Assembly (NCBI GenBank): GCA_016235255.1
Contig: JACRLM010000031.1
Location: 43,763-107,762 of the forward strand
Source: Nitrospinota bacterium
GTDB taxonomy: Bacteria; Nitrospinota_A; UBA7883; JACRLM01
Direction of reading: 5' to 3'
DNA: 64,000 nucleotides
Within the stretch, counting starts at the first letter, position 1. The number at the start of each line of letters is the position of its first letter. Under the pieces are notes generated by a model. It did no database searches. It was not told the DNA's origin and saw only the letters and a list, made by a program, of their open reading frames with translations. This document shows, in pieces, positions 16,540 to 26,139 of this stretch. Position numbers and translations under genes: made by a program.

Positions 16540-19325
16540 ATGGATAGGCATCGGCGGAACGCGCTAATGAAAATGAAAAGGCCTCCGTTAACCCCGGCGC
16601 AGATAGCATTGGTTTACCTGGTCGTAGCTATCGCGTGGGAAATATTTTCAGACACTTTTGTGTTCCATCTGACAGGCAGATTCGGCCCGCCAACGCTCGC
16701 GCATATTTCGGAAGAATTTCTTGTCGTATCGGTCACCGCTTTTATCATTTTCGCGCTCATTCGCAAATCGTCCATTACCCTGCTTGGCAAACAGGTGGAA
16801 ATTGAGTCCGCAAACCGCTTTCTGAGGATCATAAGCGACTCCAACAAGATATTGATCAACTCGGGATCCGAAGTGGAATTTCTTCGCCGGATATGCGAGG
16901 TGATCGTGGAAACTGGCGGTTACCCGATGGCCTGGGTGGGATTGGCGGGGGATGATAAAGACCGCAAAGTAACGCCATTGGCATGGGCCGGCGCCGTGGA
17001 CGGATATTTCGAGGCCGTTCAAATACGCTGGGACGATTCCGATGGGGGCGCCGGCCCCACCGGGCGGGCCATCAAGACCGGCCTGCCCCAGATTAGTGGC
17101 GATATGCGGACGGACGAATCATGCCGCAATTGCGCCGAAGAGGAGGCCAAGCGCGGATTCCTTTCGTGCATTTCGTTCCCGATGATCGGCAACGGCGGTA
17201 CATTTGGCGTCCTGACCGTTTTTTCGGACACCCCCAACGCTTTCACGGAGGTGGAGTCGCAACTGCTCGGCGAACTGGCGGACGACATGGCCTATGGAGT
17301 CGCCGCGTTGCGCGCAAGACAAACCGCGATTCTAGCTGAAGAAACATCGCGCCGGCTGGCCAGATTCCCGGAAGAAAACCCTCATCCCGTGCTGCGCGCC
17401 GGAGAAGACGGCTCGCTGATATACGCCAATCCGGCCGCGGAAAGTATCTGTCAAAACGGAGGGCTGCTGCCGGACGATCTGGCGGCTGCGGTGGTGAGCG
17501 CCTACTTAAACGAGACCAGTGACGAGATTGTCGTGGAACGGGGCGGCAAACACTTTTCGTTGCACATAGTCCCGATTCCAAAGGAAGGGTATGTCAACAT
17601 TTATGGACGGGACATAACCGAACGTATAGAACGCGAGAGGAGCCTTGCGTACCGGCTTGGAGCGGAAAAGGCGCTGGCGGAGTTTTCGGCCATGTTCGCC
17701 TCACCGGATCCGCCGGACATGGACGTGGCGCTGGGGGTGCTTGGCCGCGCCGTGGACACGAGCCGATGCTACATCTTCGCAATGGAAGAGGGCGGCAGGA
17801 AGATGAGCAACGTCAACGAATGGGTGAAGGAAAGCGTGACGCCCCAGATCGCGAATTTACAGAATCTCGACGTTTCCATCGTCCCCTGGTGGAACGCCCG
17901 GATCGGCGCGCAGGAATACATCGCCATTCCAGACGTTTCCGCCATGCCACTTGAAGCCGCGGCGGAAAAGGCCATATTCGAACAACAGGACATAAAATCC
18001 TTGCTTTGCGTCGCCATCAGGCATGGGGACGGGCGGCTGGCCGGCTTTATCGGATTTGACGACACGGATAAGGCGCGCAAATGGCATGATGAGGACATCC
18101 GGCTTATGAAAGTTGCGGCGGATATCCTTTCCGCCCACTTTAAACGCAGGGAAATGGAAAAAATATTGCGGCTGCTCTCCGTCGGTGTGGAGCAGAGCAA
18201 CGCCTCCATTATCATGACGGACACGCAAGGGAGGATCGTCTATGGCAATAAAAAGACGTTTGAAGCCACCGGATACAGCAAGGCGGAGCTGATGGGGCAA
18301 AATCCCCGGCTGTTCAAGTCTGGGCACACTGCGCCGGAGGAATATAAAAAGCTTTGGGACACCATCACGTCGGGCCGGGTATGGCGGGGTGAATTCCATA
18401 ACAAAATGAAAAACGGCGAGCTTTACTGGGAGAGCGCCGTGATATCGCCGGTGAGGGGGACGGACGCATATCCAACTACATCGCCGTCAAGGAGGACATA
18501 ACCCAAAAGAAACACCTGGAGGCCGTCGCGCTCCAGTCTGAAAAAATGGCCTCCATAGGCCAACTGGCGGCGGGCGTGGCCCACGAGATAAACAATCCCA
18601 TCGGATACGTATATTCCAATTTCGGCTCGCTGGAACGATATGTAAAGGCGCTTGTATTCCTTCTGGACGAGCACGGAGCGCTGGAAAACCATTTGCCGGA
18701 GGAAGCTCGTTCGCGGCTTGACGATATCAGGAAAACCATCAAGTTCGACATTATAAAGACCGACATTTTCGACCTGATGAGCGAATCCCGCGATGGTCTA
18801 GAGCGGGTGAAGCACATCGTTATGGCCTTGCGGGACTTCTCCCACTCCGCCGAAAACGAATGGCGGGAGTACGACCTTGCCGCCGGGCTTTCCAGCACGC
18901 TTAACATCGTGCACAACGAAGTGAAATACAAGGCCGAAGTGGTGAAGGAGTTCGGCGGCATTCCGAAGGTGGAATGCATGCCCATGCAGATAAACCAGGT
19001 TTTCATGAACATCATCATAAACGCGGCGCAGGCGATCACGGAGCGGGGCGTCATCACGATAAAAACATATGCGGAGGATGAAGGCGTGGCCGTGGAGATA
19101 ATAGACACCGGCCAGGGCATCCCGCCCGGCGACTTGAAAAAAATCTTCGACCCGTTTTTTACGACCAAGCCGGTTGGGCAGGGAACCGGGCTGGGCCTTT
19201 CCCTTTCCTACAGCGTTATCCAGAAACACCGGGGCAGACTGGAAGTGGAAAGCGAACCGGGAGAAGGAACCCGGTTCAAGATATGGCTCCCCTGTAAGCG
19301 CAAGGTGGAGAGCGGCGGCCAATAA
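16540..19325 (+). pseudogene. Multi-domain sensor histidine kinase (2TM-GAF-PAS-GAF-PAS-HisKA-HATPase_c) interrupted by a 1-nt frameshift in a G5 run at 18455-18459
   Basis: ORF 16486..18501 ends mid-PAS domain at ...WESAVISPVRGTDAYPTTSPSRRT*. Reading one base earlier continues DGRISNYIAVKEDITQKKHLEAVALQSEKMASIGQLAAGVAHEINNP (HisKA H-box) and GTGLGLSLSYSVIQKHRGRL (G2 box), ending at 19325. Confidence 0.65.
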
Positions 19326-19384
19326 ACCACCCCTCCCGCGCGGCCGACACACTGAAAGCGGGCGTTGCGTGGTAAAATGTCCGG

Positions 19385-20431
19385 ATGAGCCAGGATATTA
19401 TAAAACTGCCCGACCGGCCCCGGATTCTGGTGGCGCGGACGGACAGGATCGGCGACGTGGTCCTGTCGCTGCCGGTGTTCACTTCGTTGAAAACGTTTTT
19501 TCCCAGGGCATACTTGTGCGCCCTCACCAGAAGCTATACCAAAGACCTTCTGCTCAGCAGGCCGGACGTGGACGAGGTGATATCGTTCGATTCAAAGAAC
19601 GCGGCCATACCCTTCGGCGAATTTCCAAGGCTGCTAAAAGAAGTGAGGAAAAGGAAATTCGACGCGGCGGTGATCCTGTACTCGAACTTCTCCGTGGCGG
19701 CTCTGGCGGCGATGGCGGGGATTCCCTGCCGCGTTGGGCCCGCTTCCAAGGTGGCGCAGGTTTTTCTTACGCAAAGAGTGATCCAGCGCCGTTCCAAAAA
19801 CCTTGTCCACGAGGCCGACCACAACCTGAATCTCTTAAAGCCGTTCGGAGTGACCCCTATCCGGGTCCCTTTCCTGCTGGCGCCAAAGCCGCCTCTTATC
19901 CTTTTGCAAAGGACGGAAGGGCGGCCTCTTATCGGTGTGCATCCGGGGCATGGCGGATCTTCGCGCAACTGGCCGGAAGAGCGGTATGCCCAGCTTTGCG
20001 CACAACTGTATGATTCCGGTTGCGACGTTGTGGTGACAGGATCGGCCGCCGAAAAGCCGCTTGTGGAGCGGATTGTGGCGGCAAGCGGCAAGCCTGCGCG
20101 GAAATTCATCGGCTCCGGCCCTTTGCCAGAGCTTGTAAGCGCCCTTTCGCAACTGGACGTTTTCGTGGCGTCGAGCACCGGTCCTTTGCACATCGCCTCC
20201 GCCGTGGGGACTCCGGTGGTGGGGCTGTATTGCCCGATCTTCGCCTGTTTGCCGCAGCGCTGGGGCCCCATCGGGCCGAAGGACACGGCCCTCAGCCCCA
20301 AGGTGGAGCCTTGCATGCGTTGCACCCCCCGAAAGTGCCTTCATTTCGATTGCATGGAAAAAATCGAGGTGCGCCTCGTGCGGGACGCGGCGCTTGGAAA
20401 AGTCAGCCCGGTCATGGAGCTTGCGCGCTGA
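19385..20431 (+). CDS. ADP-heptose:LPS heptosyltransferase (GT9 family)
   Basis: RILVARTDRIGDVVLSLPVFTSLK at the N-terminus and SAAEKPLVERIV...GPLHIASAVGTPVVGLY are typical of RfaF/RfaC-like GT9 enzymes. Confidence 0.8.
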   Translation: MSQDIIKLPDRPRILVARTDRIGDVVLSLPVFTSLKTFFPRAYLCALTRSYTKDLLLSRPDVDEVISFDSKNAAIPFGEFPRLLKEVRKRKFDAAVILYSNFSVAALAAMAGIPCRVGPASKVAQVFLTQRVIQRRSKNLVHEADHNLNLLKPFGVTPIRVPFLLAPKPPLILLQRTEGRPLIGVHPGHGGSSRNWPEERYAQLCAQLYDSGCDVVVTGSAAEKPLVERIVAASGKPARKFIGSGPLPELVSALSQLDVFVASSTGPLHIASAVGTPVVGLYCPIFACLPQRWGPIGPKDTALSPKVEPCMRCTPRKCLHFDCMEKIEVRLVRDAALGKVSPVMELAR

Positions 20432-22191
20432 TGGATATGTACAGGCGCCTTCTTTCATACCTTGCTCCGTACCGGGACCGGTTCATCTTCGCGGCGCTTT
20501 GCATGGTGGCCGTTTCCGCCACATCCGGAGCCGCCGCATACATAATCCAGCCGATATTGGACGACATCTTCATGAGCAAAAACGCGGACATGCTCTCGCT
20601 TTTGCCGCTGGGGGTGGTGGCCATTTATCTGGTCCGGGGCGTCGGGCGCTATTTCGCGTCGTCGCTTATGCAGTCCATCGGCCAGCTGGCAGTAAAGGAC
20701 ATGCGGGACGCCCTTTTCGGAAGGCTGCAAAGCCTCTCCCTTTCGTTTTACTCCACAAGGCAGACCGGCCAGATCATGAGCCGCGTCACAAACGACGTGA
20801 CGGTGATCCAAGACGCTGTCTCCATCGTGGTGTACGACCTGATCCGCGAGGCGCTGACAATGGTGGCGCTCATGGCGGTGGTGTTCTACCGGGACTGGAA
20901 GATGGCCCTGGTCTCCGTGACGATCATTCCTTTCTCCGGCGCGCTCATCGGCAGGCTGGGCAAGTCTTTGCGGATCGTCTCCCGGGAGTCGCAGGAGCGC
21001 ATGGCCGACCTGACCGCCATGCTGCACGAGTCCATCACCGGCATCCGCGTTGTGCAGGCGTTCGGGATGGAGGAGTATGAGACGGGCCGCTTTAAAAAGG
21101 CCAACAACAGCTATTACGAGACCATCCGCAAGACCATCGTTATAAACGAGCTGTCCAGCCCGCTATTGGAATTTATCGGCGCTTTCGGCATCGCGGCGAT
21201 TATCTGGTATGGCGGCGCGCAGGTGATAGAGGGGAAGGCCACCGTCGGGTCGTTTTTCTCGTTCCTTACCGCATTGTTCATGCTGTACACCCCCATCGCC
21301 AGGCTTTCCCGGGTGAACAACAAAATTCAGCAGGCCTTAGCTTCCGCCGCCAGGATTTTCGAGCTTATGGACTCGGAGGTGACCATAAAGGACCCGCGGG
21401 ACGCAGTGGATATCCCGCCGCTGGAAAAAGGGATCGGGTTTTCAAGCGTCAGCTTTTTCTACGCTCCCGGCAAGCCGGCCCTTTCGGACATCCAGCTTAA
21501 CGTGGCCAAGGGGGAGATTGTCGCCATAGTCGGCTCTTCCGGAGCGGGGAAGACCACGCTGGTGAACCTTATCCCAAGATTCCTGGACCCGGGCGCGGGC
21601 GCCGTGCTTTTCGACGGGCTGGACATCCGGCGCGCCACGCTAAAATCGTTGCGGGCCCAGATCGGCATCGTAACGCAGGACGTGTTCCTGTTCCACGGCA
21701 CAATCAGGGAAAACATCGCCTACGGACGGGTGGACGCCCCGATGGAAGCGGTGGAAGGCGCCGCCAGGGCCGCCTTCGCCCACGATTTCATAATAGAGAC
21801 TCCAGACGGATACGACACAATGACCGGCGAGCGCGGCGTAAAGCTTTCCGGCGGGCAGCGCCAGCGCATATCCATCGCCCGGGCCATTATGAAAAATCCG
21901 GCGGTGCTCATTCTCGACGAGGCCACATCGGCGCTGGACACGGAGTCGGAAAAGATGGTGCAGATGGCTCTTTCCAACCTTATGCAAAAACGGACAACCT
22001 TCGTGATCGCCCACAGGCTTTCCACGATAATGCACGCGGACAGGATAATCGCCATGGAAAGGGGCCGGATCGTGGAGACTGGCTCCCATGACCAGCTTAT
22101 GCGGCAAGATGGTTACTACAAGCGGCTCTTTGAGTTACAATTTAACGGCGGCGGGGACATCGCCGCTGCTGCAACAGGGAAAATGGAGTGA
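20431..22191 (+). CDS. msbA: Lipid A export ABC transporter (fused permease/ATPase), MsbA-like
   Basis: Six TM helices precede the ABC domain (GSSGAGKTTL, LSGGQRQRISIARA, ILDEATSALD). The real start is MDMYRRLL at 20431, overlapping the upstream stop as TGATG. The listed ORF 20020.. is an upstream read-through of the frame. Confidence 0.85.
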   Translation: MDMYRRLLSYLAPYRDRFIFAALCMVAVSATSGAAAYIIQPILDDIFMSKNADMLSLLPLGVVAIYLVRGVGRYFASSLMQSIGQLAVKDMRDALFGRLQSLSLSFYSTRQTGQIMSRVTNDVTVIQDAVSIVVYDLIREALTMVALMAVVFYRDWKMALVSVTIIPFSGALIGRLGKSLRIVSRESQERMADLTAMLHESITGIRVVQAFGMEEYETGRFKKANNSYYETIRKTIVINELSSPLLEFIGAFGIAAIIWYGGAQVIEGKATVGSFFSFLTALFMLYTPIARLSRVNNKIQQALASAARIFELMDSEVTIKDPRDAVDIPPLEKGIGFSSVSFFYAPGKPALSDIQLNVAKGEIVAIVGSSGAGKTTLVNLIPRFLDPGAGAVLFDGLDIRRATLKSLRAQIGIVTQDVFLFHGTIRENIAYGRVDAPMEAVEGAARAAFAHDFIIETPDGYDTMTGERGVKLSGGQRQRISIARAIMKNPAVLILDEATSALDTESEKMVQMALSNLMQKRTTFVIAHRLSTIMHADRIIAMERGRIVETGSHDQLMRQDGYYKRLFELQFNGGGDIAAAATGKME

Positions 22192-23165
22192 CAATGAAGA
22201 AGAATCTATTGCTTTCGCTTCTGGCCGCAACTGTCCTCTACGCGGCTGGATGCGGCAACATCACTGAGACTATACTTTCGGGAGGCGCGGAAACACCCTA
22301 TGACAAACTTGGCGTGGGGATATTCCCGGGCAACCGCAACGCCGGGGACCTTTATACCCAAATGGCGGACATAGCCACCCTCAAGTTCAAGTGGGTGCGG
22401 GCCACTTTCTGGTTTGACACACAGTTTATGGCCTACAACGGAGCGTCGCCAAACTACGCCAGGTTTGACGAGACCATCAACGCGGCCGCCGCATCCGGAC
22501 TGGAGGTCGTCCCTATTCTGGCTTACGTGCCGGACTGGCTTCGGGGAGACCCAAACTGGAAAAACACTTTTGTGAACGATTATGTAATCCCGCTGGTGAG
22601 GCGGTACAAAGGCTCGGTGAAATACTGGGAGGTCTGGAACGAGCCGGACGAGATGAAATATGACGTGCTAAACGGCTCGGCGGAGGACTATTTCGACCTG
22701 CTAAAGCAGGTGTCGGCCGCGATACGCTCTGTTGATCCGTCCGCGAAAGTCGTCGCCGCGGCCACCACGAGCATAGTCACCGACGGGCTGGCCAAGTTCG
22801 AGTGGACGCAAAAACTTGTGGACATGGGCCTTTCGTCGTACGCCGACGTGCTTAATATTCATTATTATTCCGATCTGGACATAGAGCTTTCCGCCAACGG
22901 CGGGCCGCTGGTGACCAACGCCGGAATGCCTGTGTGGGTGACCGAGACCGGCAAGAGCGGACAGGGAAACCAAAAATCCTATTTCGACTCCAACATGGGA
23001 TACATAGACAAGTCGGTCAATCCCGAACGCATTTTCTGGTATTGCTATATCGAAGGCGAAGGGCGGACGGAGGAGCATAATCCGGACGAGACCTACGGCC
23101 TGTTGACATATTACGGCGGATACAGGTACGAATCATCCTTGTACACGCACCTGAAGAGCCGCTGA
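22188..23165 (+). CDS. Lipoprotein, putative glycoside hydrolase (GH5/GH39-like clan GH-A)
   Basis: Signal plus lipobox LYAAGCG. KYWEVWNEPD matches the clan GH-A acid/base NEP motif. The start overlaps msbA (ATGA), inside the LPS cluster. Confidence 0.4.
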   Translation: MTMKKNLLLSLLAATVLYAAGCGNITETILSGGAETPYDKLGVGIFPGNRNAGDLYTQMADIATLKFKWVRATFWFDTQFMAYNGASPNYARFDETINAAAASGLEVVPILAYVPDWLRGDPNWKNTFVNDYVIPLVRRYKGSVKYWEVWNEPDEMKYDVLNGSAEDYFDLLKQVSAAIRSVDPSAKVVAAATTSIVTDGLAKFEWTQKLVDMGLSSYADVLNIHYYSDLDIELSANGGPLVTNAGMPVWVTETGKSGQGNQKSYFDSNMGYIDKSVNPERIFWYCYIEGEGRTEEHNPDETYGLLTYYGGYRYESSLYTHLKSR

Positions 23166-24376
23166 TGGGCGATAGCGCCATAAAGTATCCTTGGCCTGTA
23201 AGAGCCGAGGTATGGGACAGGTGGCTCTGGATTTTCGCTGTCGTTTTCGCTGTCATGGACTTTGTTTCTATATCCATCGCGCAAACGGCCGCTGCGGGCA
23301 TGGTGATATGCTGGACGGCAAGGCATGCAGCGGGAAGAACGCTGCCTGATCTTTCTCCTTTGAAGCGGCCCATCGGCGCTTTTGTCATTGTGTCTCTGCT
23401 GGCCGCCCTGTTTTCGGTCAATGTGAAAGAGTCGCTGATAGATTCGAAGGATCTTTCACACTTCCTCATTTTTTTCGTCATGTTCGACTACCTTTCCAGG
23501 CGGCGGGAAAAAATACGGCCGGCGTTGCTGGCCGTCGCGGCGGGTGGGGCGATCGCGGCTTTTATGGGCCTTTATCAGGCCGCCATGCGGGGAATAGACA
23601 TTCACAACCGCATTTCCGGCTTTCAGGACATATACATGACATTCGCCGGTCTTTTGATGCTGGCAGCCGTCGTGGCCACAGCCATTTTCATCTTCAACGG
23701 AGCCGCGTGGCGTGGCGTGGCTCTGGCCGGAGCGGCCGTGATGACCGCCGCTATTTTCCTTTCTTTGACTCGCAACGCTGTGATGGGACTTGGCGCCGGG
23801 CTGGCCGTGATCATCGCTCTTCGAAAGCCTGCATGGCTGGTCATACTTCCGTTGCTGGCCTCGGCGGTGTTCATTCTTTCTCCATCCGGAGTGCGCAACA
23901 GGGTGAGCAGCATTGCCGACCTTGGGGACGAGACCACCCGCGAGCGGTTCCACCTCTGGAGCGCCGGGGTGAAAATCATCCTGGACCACCCGGTGCTGGG
24001 CGTCGGGCAGAATTCTTTTCCGCTTGTGTACCCGTCATACCGCAGTGCACAGGTGAAGGAGCCTAACATCTCCCACCTGCACAACAATTTTTTGGAATTG
24101 GGGGCCGAAAGGGGTCTGGCCGGCCTTGGAGTGTGGACATGGATGTGGGCAGCCGCTTTCTGGCTGACGCTCAAAGGGTGGAAAAGCCCTGTGGAAAGAG
24201 GGCTTCGGGCCGCAAGGGCGGCCGGTATTGGCGCCATCACAGCCTTCATGGCGGCTGGAGTCTTCGAGTACAACTTTGGGGCGTCGGTGATCCAGATGCT
24301 TATGTACTACATTGTGGCGGCCGGTCTTGCGGCCTCCCATGAAGGGAATAACTCTAAGGACACCGTTTTGGCTTGA
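23165..24376 (+). CDS. O-antigen ligase-like (Wzy_C domain) polytopic membrane protein
   Basis: About 10 TM helices. SLTRNAVMGLGAGLAVII and HNNFLELGAERGLAGLGVW resemble the WaaL/Wzy_C signature. Confidence 0.65.
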   Translation: MGDSAIKYPWPVRAEVWDRWLWIFAVVFAVMDFVSISIAQTAAAGMVICWTARHAAGRTLPDLSPLKRPIGAFVIVSLLAALFSVNVKESLIDSKDLSHFLIFFVMFDYLSRRREKIRPALLAVAAGGAIAAFMGLYQAAMRGIDIHNRISGFQDIYMTFAGLLMLAAVVATAIFIFNGAAWRGVALAGAAVMTAAIFLSLTRNAVMGLGAGLAVIIALRKPAWLVILPLLASAVFILSPSGVRNRVSSIADLGDETTRERFHLWSAGVKIILDHPVLGVGQNSFPLVYPSYRSAQVKEPNISHLHNNFLELGAERGLAGLGVWTWMWAAAFWLTLKGWKSPVERGLRAARAAGIGAITAFMAAGVFEYNFGASVIQMLMYYIVAAGLAASHEGNNSKDTVLA

Positions 24377-24427
24377 CGCGGAGCCTGCAATAGGTTCAAA
24401 TTTTATAAAGACCTTTATATTTGGATC

Positions 24428-24787
24428 ATGAGCAAAATCAATTTAGATTTTTTCAGACAGGCCCTCGAAAAGCAGCGGGAGGACATCGTCAAGGAAGCGA
24501 CGGAGTCCGCCAATGGGGGGATCTCCGCGAATTCGGAAGAACTTCCCGACGTGGTGGACCGGTCATCGCTTGAGACCGACAGAAACTTCACCCTCCGTCT
24601 GCTGGACCGGGACAGGAAGCTTATTAAAAAGATCGAAGAAGCCATCGGCAGGATAGAAGCCGGTGAATTCGGCCATTGCGAGGATTGCGGCGGGGAAATC
24701 GGCGAAGAACGCCTGAAGGCGCGCCCCGTGGCCACCTTGTGCATCGGGTGCAAGGAAGAGCAGGAGCGCAAGGAGAAGGCCCGCTAG
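24428..24787 (+). CDS. dksA: DksA/TraR-family C4 zinc-finger transcription factor
   Basis: A coiled-coil is followed by GEFGHCEDCGGEIGEERLKARPVATLCIGCKEEQE, the C4 zinc finger. Confidence 0.8.
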   Translation: MSKINLDFFRQALEKQREDIVKEATESANGGISANSEELPDVVDRSSLETDRNFTLRLLDRDRKLIKKIEEAIGRIEAGEFGHCEDCGGEIGEERLKARPVATLCIGCKEEQERKEKAR

Positions 24788-24892
24788 CGCACTTTCAGCG
24801 CTTTTGACTTCCTGGTGGAAACCTCAGAGCCGCTTGTTTCCAAGATATTTCCAGCGGATTTTGCGGCGCATATTTACCGTCGATTATCGAAT

Positions 24893-24921
24893 TTGAACTT
24901 TGCGGCCCGATAGAATATAAT
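24893..24921 (+). promoter_or_regulatory. Sigma70-type promoter for tRNA-Arg
   Basis: TTGAAC (24893-24898), a 17-nt spacer, then TATAAT (24916-24921). The tRNA 5' end is 12 nt downstream. Confidence 0.55.
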
Positions 24922-24932
24922 TACAGATTCGT

Positions 24933-25010
24933 GCGCCCGTAGCTCAGCCCGGATAGAGCGCCAGATTGCGGTTCTGTAGGTCGCAGGTTCGAATCCTGCC
25001 GGGCGCACCA
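24933..25010 (+). tRNA. tRNA-Arg, anticodon read as GCG (includes the encoded CCA)
   Basis: Manual cloverleaf: acceptor GCGCCCG/CGGGCGC, D-stem GCTC/GAGC with D-loop AGCCCGGATA, anticodon stem CCAGA/TCTGT, loop TTGCGGT, T-arm GCAGG-TTCGAAT-CCTGC, discriminator A, then CCA. Overall similarity to E. coli tRNA-Arg(ACG) is high. Confidence 0.85.
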
Positions 25011-25099
25011 ATCAAACACATCCAGCCACGCCACACCTTCCGTATGTTTCTTGCGGAAGAGCGGACTTCGCCAGACGTCAGACCGGCCCAGGCAATAGC

Positions 25100-25222
25100 C
25101 TATCTGTAGCCGTGGGACATGACCCGGAATATAAATGATGTTGCTATGCCAGCCATGACAAGGATCATTATGATGACAAGCGTGCGCTGGGAAATAAAAA
25201 ACTTCTTTTTGCCTTCAGACAT
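25100..25222 (-). CDS. Candidate 40-aa single-TM micro-protein following ctaB (MSEGKKKFFISQRTLVIIMILVMAGIATSFIFRVMSHGYR)
   Basis: The ATG at 25222 is 21 nt after the ctaB stop. The product has one hydrophobic helix. It is below the ORF-track size cut-off. Confidence 0.3.
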   Translation of the reverse strand: MSEGKKKFFISQRTLVIIMILVMAGIATSFIFRVMSHGYR

Positions 25223-25242
25223 TTGAGACCGCCAGGTGAGTT

Positions 25243-26139
25243 TTAACGAATATCAACGATAATCAGGCAGTACAGCAGGGGGAGATGCACCAGGGAGAAA
25301 AAGAAGAGGCTCATCGCCACCTTCCTGCCCGAGAAAACAAACCACAGGGACAGAGAGAAGAACAGGACGCCGGCCGCCATTGCTCCGGCAAGGTAAAACA
25401 GCCCCGCCATCCCGACTACATAAGGCAGAATTGAGACCGCCGCAAGCACAAAGGCCCATATGGCTATCTGCCGCTTGGTCTCGTCCACCCCTCTTTTCAC
25501 CGGCAGGTTCATCACTCCGGCGCTTTTGTACTCATCCATGTACTTTAGGGCGAGCGACCAGAAATGCGGATGCTGCCAGGCGAATATTATCAGGAAAAGC
25601 GTGAGCGCCCAGATGTCCGGAACCGGCTTGATCGCCGCGTAACCTATCACCGGAGGAAGAGCCCCGCCCACGCCGCCCACAAAGGTGGCCAGCGGCGTGC
25701 TGCGCTTGGTCATCAAAGTGTACGGTATGACGTAAATGAACAAGGCCGCCGTGGAATATAGCGCGGCGGCCTTGTTTACATGTGCCGTAAGGATCACAAC
25801 GGAAATGGCGGAAAGCGCCAGCCCGCAATAAAGGGCCTTCAACGGGCTGATCAATCCGGAGGGGAGCGGCCGGCCTGAAGTTCGGCGCATGACAAAATCT
25901 ATATCTCTGTCGATATAGTTGTTCAATGCGGCGGCGCCCGCCGTGGAAAAAGCGGTCCCCAGAAGTGTCCAGAAGACAAGCGCGGGGGCGGGAAGCCCCC
26001 TTTGCGCTATGTACATCCCGGCCAGGGCGGAAACTATCACAAGCGCGATTATCCCCGGCTTTACAAGCGCAAGGTGGTCCAACAGGACCCCTTTAAGGCT
26101 GATCTGCCTCGCTTCAGCGGTGGATACGCGCCCGGACAT
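25243..26139 (-). CDS. ctaB: Protoheme IX farnesyltransferase (heme O synthase)
   Basis: UbiA-family motif NNYIDRDIDFVMRRTSGRPLPSG. The product is polytopic. Confidence 0.9.
   Translation of the reverse strand: MSGRVSTAEARQISLKGVLLDHLALVKPGIIALVIVSALAGMYIAQRGLPAPALVFWTLLGTAFSTAGAAALNNYIDRDIDFVMRRTSGRPLPSGLISPLKALYCGLALSAISVVILTAHVNKAAALYSTAALFIYVIPYTLMTKRSTPLATFVGGVGGALPPVIGYAAIKPVPDIWALTLFLIIFAWQHPHFWSLALKYMDEYKSAGVMNLPVKRGVDETKRQIAIWAFVLAAVSILPYVVGMAGLFYLAGAMAAGVLFFSLSLWFVFSGRKVAMSLFFFSLVHLPLLYCLIIVDIR

Noticed and set aside
20020-20430. Upstream extension of the msbA ORF (ORF listed from 20020)
   Set aside because: The extension is Arg/Gly/His-rich with no TM helices, and it overlaps the well-supported heptosyltransferase gene. 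The real start is MDMYRRLL at 20431, overlapping the upstream stop.
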